Assembly (NCBI GenBank): GCA_011958945.1
Contig: BLLT01000001.1
Span: forward strand, 122 to 64,121
Length of the DNA: 64,000 bases
Origin: Lachnospiraceae bacterium
Lineage (GTDB): Bacteria > Bacillota > Clostridia > Lachnospirales > Lachnospiraceae
Direction of reading: 5' to 3'
Below the pieces are notes generated by a model. The model worked only from the letters and a program-made list of their open reading frames with translations, was not told the DNA's origin and did not search any database. Position numbers and translations under genes: made by a program. The first letter of the stretch is position 1. Each line of letters opens with the position of its first letter. Of the stretch, positions 39,549 to 47,886 are shown in pieces.

Positions 39549-40675
39549 TGAAGAAAGTTCTTTTAGCGACTCCTACCATGCATACGGAGGAGCAGCAGTA
39601 TATTCAGAAAGCATTTGATATGAACTGGATTTCACCGTTAGGACCGAATGTGGATGAATTTGAGGATAAAGTGGCAGCTTATGTGGGAGTATCTTCTTCC
39701 GCTGCGCTTTCCTCCGGAACTGCGGCATTGCATCTTTCCGTTATTTTAGCGGGTGTAAAGGAAAATGATATTGTGTTTGTCCCTTCCCTGACCTTTGCAG
39801 CAAGCGTCAATCCGGTCAGGTATGAGAAAGCAGTCCCCGTCTTTATTGACTCGGAGCGAGACACATGGAATATGGACGCAGCGGCACTCCGAAAAGCATT
39901 TGAAAAATATCCGCACCCGAAGGCTGTCATGGCTGTACATTTGTATGGCACATCAGCAAATATGGACGAAATATGCGCTCTTTGTAAGGAGCATAACGTC
40001 TCTTTGATTGAAGATGCGGCTGAATCGTTAGGTACGACATATAAAGGGAAAATGACAGGTACTTTCGGGGATTATGGAATTTACTCATTTAATGGGAACA
40101 AGATTATCACAACTTCGGGCGGAGGCATACTGGTTGCGCAGCAGGAAAAAGATGTGGATAAAGCCCGGTTTTTATCAAGACAGGCGCGAGATCCTGCAAG
40201 ACATTACCAGCATTCTACGATTGGCTACAATTACAGGATGTCAAATGTTGTTGCCGGGATCGGATGCGGGCAGATGCTGCATATTGATGAGCATATACAG
40301 AAAAAGCACGAAATTTATAAAACGTATCAGGAAGCCTTTTCGGATATAGAAGAAATAAAAATGAATCCATTGAATAAGGATGCGATTGACAATAACTGGC
40401 TTTCCTGCATGACAATATCGCCAGACAGCAATGTAACGCCAACACAGGTTATGGATGCCTTAGAAGCGGAAGGCATTGAAACAAGACCGATATGGAAACC
40501 GATGCATTTGCAGCCTGTATTTGAGGAATATGATTTTATTCAGGTAGAAGATGGGATAAGTGTAAGTGAAGATATTTTTAACAGAGGGCTTTGTCTGCCA
40601 AGCGATATTAAAAATACAAAAGAGGATATGGAACGTATTATAGGAATTGTGAGGAAACAATTCCGGCAATCGTAA
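39545..40675 (+). CDS. DegT/DnrJ/EryC1/StrS-family PLP aminotransferase
   Basis: ATGA overlap with the upstream stop. SSGTAALHL and SFNGNKIITTSGGG (PLP Lys) motifs. Confidence 0.85.
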   Translation: MMKKVLLATPTMHTEEQQYIQKAFDMNWISPLGPNVDEFEDKVAAYVGVSSSAALSSGTAALHLSVILAGVKENDIVFVPSLTFAASVNPVRYEKAVPVFIDSERDTWNMDAAALRKAFEKYPHPKAVMAVHLYGTSANMDEICALCKEHNVSLIEDAAESLGTTYKGKMTGTFGDYGIYSFNGNKIITTSGGGILVAQQEKDVDKARFLSRQARDPARHYQHSTIGYNYRMSNVVAGIGCGQMLHIDEHIQKKHEIYKTYQEAFSDIEEIKMNPLNKDAIDNNWLSCMTISPDSNVTPTQVMDALEAEGIETRPIWKPMHLQPVFEEYDFIQVEDGISVSEDIFNRGLCLPSDIKNTKEDMERIIGIVRKQFRQS

Positions 40676-40715
40676 AATTACTGTTGCGGACAGTATAGAA
40701 GTGTAGGAGGTTTTT

Positions 40716-41810
40716 ATGAGAAAGGTATATAATTTTTCGGCAGGTCCGGCTGTTTTGCCGGAATCTGTATTACAGGAAGCAGCAGATGAAATGTTGGATT
40801 ATAAGGGCTGCGGTATGTCCGTTATGGAAATGAGCCACCGTTCGTCCTTATTCCAGTCCATTATTGACGAAACAGAGCAGGATTTACGCACACTTATGAA
40901 TATTCCCGACGATTATGTGGTTTTGTTTCTGCAAGGCGGGACTTCCCTGCAATTTTCCATGATACCAATGAATTTTATGCGGAATGGAAAAGCAGATTAC
41001 ATTCTGACCGGATATTGGGCAAAAAAGGCATATGAGGAAGCAAAACGATACGGAAAGATTAACATTGCAGCATCTTCGGAAGGGGACAATTTTTCATATA
41101 TCCCGGATTGCAGTGATTTGGAGATCTCTCAGGATTCGGACTATGTATATATGTGTGAAAATAATACAATCTATGGAACCAAATTTCACTGCTGTCCGAA
41201 TAGCCACGGGAAGGTGCTTGTGAACGATATATCTTCCAGTTTCTTATCGGAGCCGATGAAAGTTTCAGATTATGGTATGCTTTTTGGCGGTGTACAAAAG
41301 AATCTGGCACCTGCAGGACTGGTTATCGCAATCATGCACAAAGACCTGATTTCGGAAACAGTTTTACCGAATACACCGACTATGCTGCAATACAAAATCC
41401 ATGCGGATAAAAAGTCACTGTATAATACTCCGCCCACCTATAACATTTATATAGTGGGCAAGGTAGTTAAATGGATTCAGTCATTAGGCGGCTTAGGGAA
41501 GATGAAGGAAATCAATGAAAGAAAGGCAGCGCTTTTATATGATTACCTAGATTCCAGCTCATTGTTTTATGGTTTGGCAAAAGCAGACAGCAGATCGCTT
41601 ATGAATGTGACTTTCCGTACAAAGTCGGATGCGATTGATGCAGAATTTATAAAGCAGGCTGAAAAACATGGAATTATCAGCATAAAGGGGCATCGTGCGA
41701 TTGGCGGAATGAGGGCAAGTTTATATAATGCCATGCCGATAGAGGGTGTACAGCATCTGGTTGATTTTATGCGTGAATTTGAAAATAGTGGTGATTATTA
41801 TGCAAAATAG
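40716..41810 (+). CDS. serC: Phosphoserine aminotransferase
   Basis: YNFSAGPAVLPESVL..GMSVMEMSHRS..FLQGGTSLQF is collinear with SerC. Confidence 0.85.
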   Translation: MRKVYNFSAGPAVLPESVLQEAADEMLDYKGCGMSVMEMSHRSSLFQSIIDETEQDLRTLMNIPDDYVVLFLQGGTSLQFSMIPMNFMRNGKADYILTGYWAKKAYEEAKRYGKINIAASSEGDNFSYIPDCSDLEISQDSDYVYMCENNTIYGTKFHCCPNSHGKVLVNDISSSFLSEPMKVSDYGMLFGGVQKNLAPAGLVIAIMHKDLISETVLPNTPTMLQYKIHADKKSLYNTPPTYNIYIVGKVVKWIQSLGGLGKMKEINERKAALLYDYLDSSSLFYGLAKADSRSLMNVTFRTKSDAIDAEFIKQAEKHGIISIKGHRAIGGMRASLYNAMPIEGVQHLVDFMREFENSGDYYAK

Positions 41811-42981
41811 TGATGTTTTTGAGAAAGACCGGGAGTATATTGCACATACCTATCGTCGTTTTTCGGCAGCGATAAAGAATGGGCATGGAGCGCAGGCAGA
41901 AGATTATGAGGGAAAAAAGTATATAGACTTTGGCAGTGGGATTGGAACAAATTCTTTGGGATTTTGCAATGATAAATGGGTTCAGGCTGTTGTTTCTCAG
42001 GTAAAGCAATTACAGCATACCTCTAATTTGTTTTATACCCTGCCGGACAGCCTGTTGGCGGAACGTTTGTGCAAAGTAACCAGATATTCTAAAGTTTTCT
42101 TTGGAAATTCCGGTGCTGAAGCCAATGAGGGGGCAATAAAAATTGCAAGGAAATATGGCATGGAGGTCAAAGGAGAGCATTGTAATCGTATTATTACACT
42201 GGAAAATTCTTTTCATGGTAGGACGATAACAACGCTTTCTGCTACGGAACAGGATATATTCCACCAGAAATTTTTTCCTTTTACAGAAGGATTCTGTTAT
42301 GTTCCGGCAAATGATATTTCGGCATTCCATGAAGCTGTGGATAATACTGTGTGTGCGGTTATGCTTGAACTGGTGCAGGGTGAGAGTGGCGTGAATGTAC
42401 TGGAAAAGGAATATGTGAAGAATGTTGAGCAAGTATGCAGAGAGAAAGGTATTCTGCTTATTGTGGATGAAGTGCAGACAGGGGTAGGCAGGACAGGTAC
42501 ATTTTTATGCAGCGAACAGTATGGGATATATCCGAATGTGGTTACTTTGGCAAAGGGACTTGGGGCAGGACTTCCAATCGGAGCAGTCCTTATGGATAAG
42601 CTGACTGAAAATGTTTTTCAGGAAGGGGATCATGGCTCAACTTTTGGAGGAAATCCAGTTGCTTGTGCAGGTGCAGTTGAAGTGGTAAATCAGATTGCCA
42701 ATGCAGAGTTTCTTGCTGATGTCAGTTCCAAATCCAATTATATGCGTGAAAAATTATTATCTTTGCCCCATATTACCAATGTATCAGGTATGGGATTGAT
42801 GTTTGGTTTGGCTTTAGAAAAGGATATTAAGGCAGGAAAAGTTGCGGAGAAGTGTGTGGAAAAGGGACTTTTGATTTTGACTGCAAAAGAAAAACTTCGG
42901 ATTATGCCGCCGCTGAATATTTCAAGAGAAGAAATAGATGCAGGTCTTACAATTCTTCAAGATTGTTTACGGGAAGCATAA
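41800..42981 (+). CDS. Class III aminotransferase (acetylornithine/omega-amino acid aminotransferase-like)
   Basis: ATG 41800 overlaps serC by 11 nt. FGNSGAEANEGAIK, LIVDEVQTGVGRTG and TFGGNP motifs. Confidence 0.85.
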   Translation: MQNSDVFEKDREYIAHTYRRFSAAIKNGHGAQAEDYEGKKYIDFGSGIGTNSLGFCNDKWVQAVVSQVKQLQHTSNLFYTLPDSLLAERLCKVTRYSKVFFGNSGAEANEGAIKIARKYGMEVKGEHCNRIITLENSFHGRTITTLSATEQDIFHQKFFPFTEGFCYVPANDISAFHEAVDNTVCAVMLELVQGESGVNVLEKEYVKNVEQVCREKGILLIVDEVQTGVGRTGTFLCSEQYGIYPNVVTLAKGLGAGLPIGAVLMDKLTENVFQEGDHGSTFGGNPVACAGAVEVVNQIANAEFLADVSSKSNYMREKLLSLPHITNVSGMGLMFGLALEKDIKAGKVAEKCVEKGLLILTAKEKLRIMPPLNISREEIDAGLTILQDCLREA

Positions 42982-43061
42982 TTGTGTTTTAGATTGTGAA
43001 ACAATACCGAGAAAAATTGAACATTTACACTATGAAAGGGATTAAATATAGGTAATTTGCT

Positions 43062-43664
43062 ATGGCTGATATTTTATACCGTTATAAAGAGCGGGTTTAT
43101 TTAAATATTACAAACAAATGTTGTTGTAACTGCACCTTCTGCCTCCGAAATCATCAAGAACAGTACGGAGAAGCGGAAAATCTTTGGTTTGACAAGGAAC
43201 CTTTAATGGAAGAAATCATTGAATCCATTGCCGCTTATGATTTTGGAGATTGCAAAGAAGTTGTATTCTGCGGCTTTGGAGAACCGACAATGGAACTGGA
43301 AAAATTACTTGTTGTTAGTAGATATATGCGTTCGCGTTATATGTTCCGTATCCGTCTTAATACAAATGGTCTTTCTGATTTAATTTACAATCGCTCTACA
43401 GCGCAGGAAATATGTAATGCTGTTGATAGTATATCTATCAGTTTAAATATGCCGGATGCTGAATCATATACAGAAGTTGTGCGTCCTGTGTATGGTGAAA
43501 ATGCATTTGAAGCAATGCTGCAGTTTGCGAAAGACTGTAAAAAGTATTTGAATGGCAATGTTCGTTTCAGTGTTGTTGATGTAATTGGAAAAGAGAACAT
43601 AGAAAAATGCAGATTACTTGCGGAATTACTCGAAATTCCTTTACATATAAGAGCGTATTCATAA
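43062..43664 (+). CDS. Small radical SAM protein
   Basis: CCCNCTFC provides CxxxCxxC, and a GFGEP motif follows. 200 aa. Confidence 0.75.
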   Translation: MADILYRYKERVYLNITNKCCCNCTFCLRNHQEQYGEAENLWFDKEPLMEEIIESIAAYDFGDCKEVVFCGFGEPTMELEKLLVVSRYMRSRYMFRIRLNTNGLSDLIYNRSTAQEICNAVDSISISLNMPDAESYTEVVRPVYGENAFEAMLQFAKDCKKYLNGNVRFSVVDVIGKENIEKCRLLAELLEIPLHIRAYS

Positions 43665-43783
43665 ATGACAGATTTTGCGAAAGCTGTAAAAGTATTATCT
43701 TGGTAGCTGGTATTTGGTAGCGAAAAACAAAATATTAGGATATACGAAAGATTAGTTTTGTTAAAAAATACGAATGGAAAAAA

Positions 43784-43813
43784 GCGGATGACATATATTG
43801 TGTCATTCGTTTT
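43784..43813 (+). terminator. Candidate intrinsic terminator after the cargo operon
   Basis: CGGATGACA / TGTCATTCG stem (one G-U pair), 7-nt loop, then TTTTC. Confidence 0.5.
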
Positions 43814-43941
43814 CTGGTTTATAGAGGGGTATTAAAAAATAACCGAATTACGGTTAGAAAATACATAGTGTTGGGTTGTTTTATATTCTGTATATTTTGC
43901 GGTCACGTTGGTATGATTTTATACAAATGGAGGTTCAAAAT

Positions 43942-44277
43942 ATGGAGAATTACAGGAAAAATGCAAATATACAGATTGGAAAAAGATTGAGGGAAGCAAG
44001 AAATAATTTGGGACGTACACAGGCAGAAATTGCAGCATCTTTTGGAGTGTCAGAAGAACATTATCGTAAATACGAGTCGGGAGCTACCGGGTTATCGGCG
44101 GATAAGATATTGATTTTGTATCATGAGTATGGAGTTGATCCGACATACTTGATAACAGGTTCTTGCCTTAAAAACGATTTTGACGTGGATTATTACATAG
44201 CAAATTGTAGTAAAGAACAAAAGGATGCTTTTGTGGACAGAGTTCTTGCCTTTATATCCCGAATGGTAAAAAAATAA
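43942..44277 (+). CDS. XRE-family HTH regulator with C-terminal helical extension
   Basis: IGKRLREARNNLGRTQAEIAASFGVSEEHYRKYESG. ATG 43942 lies 8 nt after GGAGG; alternative start at 43927. Confidence 0.75.
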   Translation: MENYRKNANIQIGKRLREARNNLGRTQAEIAASFGVSEEHYRKYESGATGLSADKILILYHEYGVDPTYLITGSCLKNDFDVDYYIANCSKEQKDAFVDRVLAFISRMVKK

Positions 44278-44357
44278 TGGCAGTTTCATATTCTACTTGG
44301 GCATTTTGCAATAGTAAAGAAATGGAGGAGGTATGAAAGGCTAGAAAGGATACTGCA

Positions 44358-44699
44358 ATGCGTTATGAAGAAAATATATATTTAATCATTGCTGAAAATA
44401 TAAGAAAAGAGCGAAAAAGGCTGTGCTTGTCACAATCACGGCTTGCAGAACGTGCGGATGTATCGATTGATACTATTAAAAGTATCGAGAGAGGAAAAAG
44501 GGCAATGAGCCTTGATACATACTTACGCATTGTACAAGCATTGGAGACAACACCATTAGCACTTATGAACAAAGAGCAATCTGAAGAATATATAGAGCGC
44601 TTCTTTTTTCTGGTTTCAAAACATAACGAAAGAGAAATAGAGTTTGCCCTACATATGGTAGAGCAGCTTCTAAAAGGGCAAGACTGTTATCTGCACTAG
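44358..44699 (+). CDS. XRE-family HTH regulator with C-terminal helical extension
   Basis: IAENIRKERKRLCLSQSRLAERADVSIDTIKSIERGKR. Confidence 0.75.
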   Translation: MRYEENIYLIIAENIRKERKRLCLSQSRLAERADVSIDTIKSIERGKRAMSLDTYLRIVQALETTPLALMNKEQSEEYIERFFFLVSKHNEREIEFALHMVEQLLKGQDCYLH

Positions 44700-44725
44700 T
44701 AACAGCCTTGCCTTAATTGTATAAT

Positions 44726-44959
44726 CTATTTTTGAGTGGATATTTGAGTAGCTATATAGTCAATAATTTCTTCTATCGTAGGAGCATCTCCGTCGCAGGG
44801 AATATCCTTCCAGAAAGCTTGTATATGTGGATCGTTGCTTTTAAGAGCAAGAGAAACAGCAAGTGCGATTTCATTTCTGACATCATCTTCCGAAATACCT
44901 TCTTTTTTCGCAATCACTTTTAAGTATTCTGAAATAGTTTCTTTTTTATTTTGGTTCAT
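44726..44959 (-). CDS. Small helical protein, possibly Spo0A-C-terminal-domain-like
   Basis: Only convincing minus-strand gene in the ICE. 77 aa with SD AGGAAAGGA. The family call is from memory of similar small clostridial proteins. Confidence 0.5.
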   Translation of the reverse strand: MNQNKKETISEYLKVIAKKEGISEDDVRNEIALAVSLALKSNDPHIQAFWKDIPCDGDAPTIEEIIDYIATQISTQK

Positions 44960-45091
44960 AATTTCCTTTCCTATCTGTCAAATTGTGTAAGAAGTCTGAC
45001 AAGATTAAATAGAACTTATTTTTCTATTCTACCAACGGTACACTAAATATGTCAAATATAAAAAACCTATAATATATTTAGGAGGTAGCGC

Positions 45092-45322
45092 ATGGAGGAA
45101 TACGGAACCGTCCGAATTAAGCTGAATGAACTGATTGCACAGGCTGGAATCAGCAAAAACAAATTGAGTCATAAAGCAGAAATGCAGCGATCCCAAATAA
45201 ACAATTATTGTAATAACCGGATTACCCGGTTGGATATTGATGTATTAGCCAGAATCTGTACGGTCTTAAATTGCTCGATCAGTGATTTATTGGAGTTTGT
45301 ACCACCACAGGATAAGGACTGA
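45092..45322 (+). CDS. XRE-family HTH regulator (76 aa)
   Basis: RIKLNELIAQAGISKNKLSHKAEMQRSQINNYCNN. Strong SD AGGAGG. Confidence 0.8.
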   Translation: MEEYGTVRIKLNELIAQAGISKNKLSHKAEMQRSQINNYCNNRITRLDIDVLARICTVLNCSISDLLEFVPPQDKD

Positions 45323-45346
45323 GATTATCGTACAACATTAGAGTGA

Positions 45347-45386
45347 CCTTGTAAGTGATTTCTATACTTACAGGGTTATTTTTTTG
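45347..45386 (+). terminator. Rho-independent terminator
   Basis: CCTTGTAAGT / ACTTACAGGG stem followed by TTATTTTTTT. Confidence 0.7.
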
Positions 45387-45514
45387 TTATGCCGATGAGA
45401 AGGTGTACAATATTCCACCGGAAATAGCTGGTATAGTCACTCTGCGATATCTGCCTTTTCACTTATAATAATAGCAGCTTAAGCAAATAAAAGGACGTCG
45501 GAAATGAGAAAAAT

Positions 45515-45838
45515 GTGTATTATGATATAGTAAAAAGCGGAATGCGGATTAAGGAACTGCGTAAGGCGTCAGTAATAACAAGACAGAACCTTGCAGAGCA
45601 GGTGGGAATATCAGTGGATGCTCTTCGTAAAATTGAACAGGGAATCAACGGAGCAAAAATTGATACCTTAGTAGCAATAGCAGAAATTTTTCATGTATCT
45701 TTGGATTATCTGATATGCGGCAGTAGCAAGGAGATGGGAATTGAAAGGATTGTAGCAGGACTGAATGAAGCAGAAAGGCAGTTTATCCGCAGGATGGTTC
45801 TTAATGCGGTAGAAAATATGGAACTGCTAAGAAAGTAA
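45515..45838 (+). CDS. XRE-family HTH regulator with C-terminal helical extension
   Basis: MRIKELRKASVITRQNLAEQVGISVDALRKIEQG. Start uncertain (GTG 45515 or ATG 45542). Confidence 0.7.
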   Translation: MYYDIVKSGMRIKELRKASVITRQNLAEQVGISVDALRKIEQGINGAKIDTLVAIAEIFHVSLDYLICGSSKEMGIERIVAGLNEAERQFIRRMVLNAVENMELLRK

Positions 45839-46559
45839 TGAAATGCCGGATTGTAGAAATACAGTCTGGCTTTTTTTATGTAAAAAATTTGTGCTGCATA
45901 GGAGAAAAGGTGAGAGAACTGCTCCTATTAAATCAGAGTGCAGGTTACTTCAGAAGAAAGAGGGTGTCATCTATACTTTAAACAGGTTCTAAAGAAGAGC
46001 CACAAATTAAATAGGACACGCATACACCTGATTTTATTTTCGCCTTTATCTGTATTGTATTTTACTTTCAGGTAGGGGTGGCAGAAACCCGTTTCGTGCG
46101 ATGAAGTTCCTCGGTATGAATTGCCTTCAGCAGATAAGTCTTTGATTTATTTGGCGGATATGGTGGTTTTGCACCGTGCCTGTGAAGGTTCTAAGCAGAG
46201 GTTTGTGCCTACCGGAGTGGCAGCCGGAGATAATGAGATAAAACAGCACCGGAATTTCAGCGAAAAGCATTTTCCGGGAGTGGCTCCCTGTGGATTTCGT
46301 CTGGTTGGGCATGATGGAGACGCAGTGCGGGATGAAGCCGTCCCAGTGTATGTTACCCGGTTCGGGGATCAGTGAGAACGTATCTGATATTTTCAGATGG
46401 AACAGAGAGGTAATGTGGCGGAAACGCCACGTTATCCTCTGATACAGGCAAGCCTTGCAGTTATCAGATAACAGCAGACAAGGCTTTCCTGTATGAGAGG
46501 ATAATGCCGGCAAAAACTTCTCTTTTGTTCCAGTCAACGAAAAATAGAAGAAAGTATAG

Positions 46560-46997
46560 GTGATTATCATGTGCAGTAATGTGAAAAGTTTTAATGTCGG
46601 CTCTCTTGTGCATCCGGCAATCATGTTTATGAACTCCAACAAGTCAGAAAGCAATATACGCCAGACCATTCAGCAGAACCGCTTAAAATGCAGCGTGGCA
46701 GGGATAGCGCTAATGAATGAAGCTATCATTAACAAGGGACCGAACCGGGATATTGACCGTGATGCGGTAAATATGCTGATTACACAACTGATCAGCGGGC
46801 AGTATGATACGGTTGTCGTGGAAAACATGGCTGACATAACAGCGGACAAGTCTGATCTGGAGGAATTTATGCACGATGCCGCCAACATCGGCGTAGGCTT
46901 TTTTGAACTTTCCACCATGCAGTACCATATATATGACACAGCAAAGTGTCCTGACGATAAGGAAAGACCGATATGGGATGGAGGCGCAGGCTGCTGA
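46560..46997 (+). CDS. Degenerate serine-recombinase (resolvase) catalytic-domain-like protein; candidate partner of MazF
   Basis: YDTVVVENMADITADKSDLEEFMHDAANIGVGFFEL parallels the resolvase D.V.V...DRL.R.......L...GV.F pattern, but the S/R catalytic positions appear substituted and no HTH is present. Its stop overlaps the MazF ATG (TGATG). Confidence 0.45.
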   Translation: MIIMCSNVKSFNVGSLVHPAIMFMNSNKSESNIRQTIQQNRLKCSVAGIALMNEAIINKGPNRDIDRDAVNMLITQLISGQYDTVVVENMADITADKSDLEEFMHDAANIGVGFFELSTMQYHIYDTAKCPDDKERPIWDGGAGC

Positions 46998-47362
46998 TGA
47001 AGATAAAGAGAGGCGACATACTGTATGTGGACTTGGGCGTACAGTATCAGGGAAGTATGCAGGGCGGTATGCGTCCGGTGGTGGTAGTCAGCAACAACAG
47101 GGCAAACAAACACAGCACTGTCATTACGGTTGTTCCGCTGTCTACTAAGATTTACAAGAAAAGAAGCCTGCCCACTCATGTATTTATATCTGCGTATAAG
47201 ACGGAAGGACTGGATCAGCACAGCATAGCACTTTGCGAACAGGTAACAGCGCTGAATTTTGACCGCATCATAGAACACATTGGAAAGGTTGACGAAGAAA
47301 CGCTTGACAGGATCACGGAGGGCGTACAGGTGCAGGTGGGAGTGTTTGACAGGTACAATTAA
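46997..47362 (+). CDS. MazF/PemK-family type II toxin (mRNA interferase)
   Basis: KRGDILYVDL..GMRPVVVVSNN..VITVVPLST pattern. Alternative in-frame start at 46973. Confidence 0.85.
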   Translation: MKIKRGDILYVDLGVQYQGSMQGGMRPVVVVSNNRANKHSTVITVVPLSTKIYKKRSLPTHVFISAYKTEGLDQHSIALCEQVTALNFDRIIEHIGKVDEETLDRITEGVQVQVGVFDRYN

Positions 47363-47388
47363 GAAAGGACATAACATCATATCTTTTG

Positions 47389-47415
47389 GAAGCCGGGCAG
47401 ACGTCCGGCTTTTTA
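47389..47415 (+). terminator. Rho-independent terminator
   Basis: AGCCGG..CCGGCT stem followed by TTTTT. A second small hairpin ACATACAGaagCTGTATGT follows. Confidence 0.7.
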
Positions 47416-47481
47416 CATACAGAAGCTGTATGTCATAGGACAATCTGATAGAAGAATAAATATAGTAAGGAATGGTGCAGG

Positions 47482-47766
47482 ATGGGGATTGCAATGCTTG
47501 ATATAACGGATGAAGAGCTGGATGCAATGGAAAATGTGGATGTGCGGACAGTGGATATCAATACCCTGACAGACATCAGGGATATAAAGATTGATACAAA
47601 ACTTCCAGTTGAAAAAAAGCTGGCACTCTTTGCGGAACAAACAAACAACCTTTTTGTTCACCGTATAGGAGATTATGTGGTAAAGGTTCAGTTTCAAAAG
47701 GAGGGACCAACCATAGATGATAAGATGGAAGAATATTTAAGGCATTTAGCAGAAATTCATATTTGA
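47482..47766 (+). CDS. Hypothetical protein commonly seen upstream of clostridial serine recombinases
   Basis: 94-aa ORF (alternative ATG 47494). No catalytic motif. Confidence 0.5.
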   Translation: MGIAMLDITDEELDAMENVDVRTVDINTLTDIRDIKIDTKLPVEKKLALFAEQTNNLFVHRIGDYVVKVQFQKEGPTIDDKMEEYLRHLAEIHI

Positions 47767-47886
47767 ATCTATAAAGAGCCTTGAAAGAATCGAAAAGTTA
47801 TGTTAATCTAAAATCAGGACAAATCAGTGGTTGCTTTTGATTTACGGTTAATATTAGCTGAATAATCGTAAGTCAGGAGTGATAGA

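Noticed and set aside
34049-43664. Interpretation of the cargo operon as a phosphonate biosynthesis/catabolism cluster because of the PhnW-like aminotransferase
   Set aside because: No PEP mutase, phosphonopyruvate decarboxylase, phosphonatase or C-P lyase gene is recognisable in the window. The PhnW-like call alone is insufficient.
11234-43941. ORF-track N-terminal extensions (starts at 11234, 26577, 28409, 37397, 38616, 39497, 41746, 43876)
   Set aside because: In each case an internal ATG/TTG sits 5-9 nt after a strong AGGAGG-type SD, and often overlaps or abuts the upstream stop. The extension overlaps the previous gene or reads non-protein-like sequence.
46096-46560. Group II intron or other self-splicing element (GTGCG at 46096, GAAA-loop hairpins)
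   Set aside because: I could find no domain V-like consensus and no reverse transcriptase/maturase ORF. The length and structure are insufficient, and GTGCG alone is common.
46121-46669. ORFs 46121..46375 (+) and 46127..46669 (-)
   Set aside because: They overlap each other on opposite strands. Neither has a convincing SD or recognisable domain. Part of the minus ORF is simply the translation of a long palindrome. The region is treated as non-coding or decayed.
1785-47527. Many long minus-strand ORFs antisense to recognisable genes (e.g. 1785..2609, 6555..7370, 13697..14455, 14145..14870, 20599..21243, 36742..37392, 46670..47527)
   Set aside because: Each lies opposite a plus-strand gene with clear family motifs. 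Their products are Cys/Phe/His/Leu-rich with no recognisable domains and no ribosome-binding sites.
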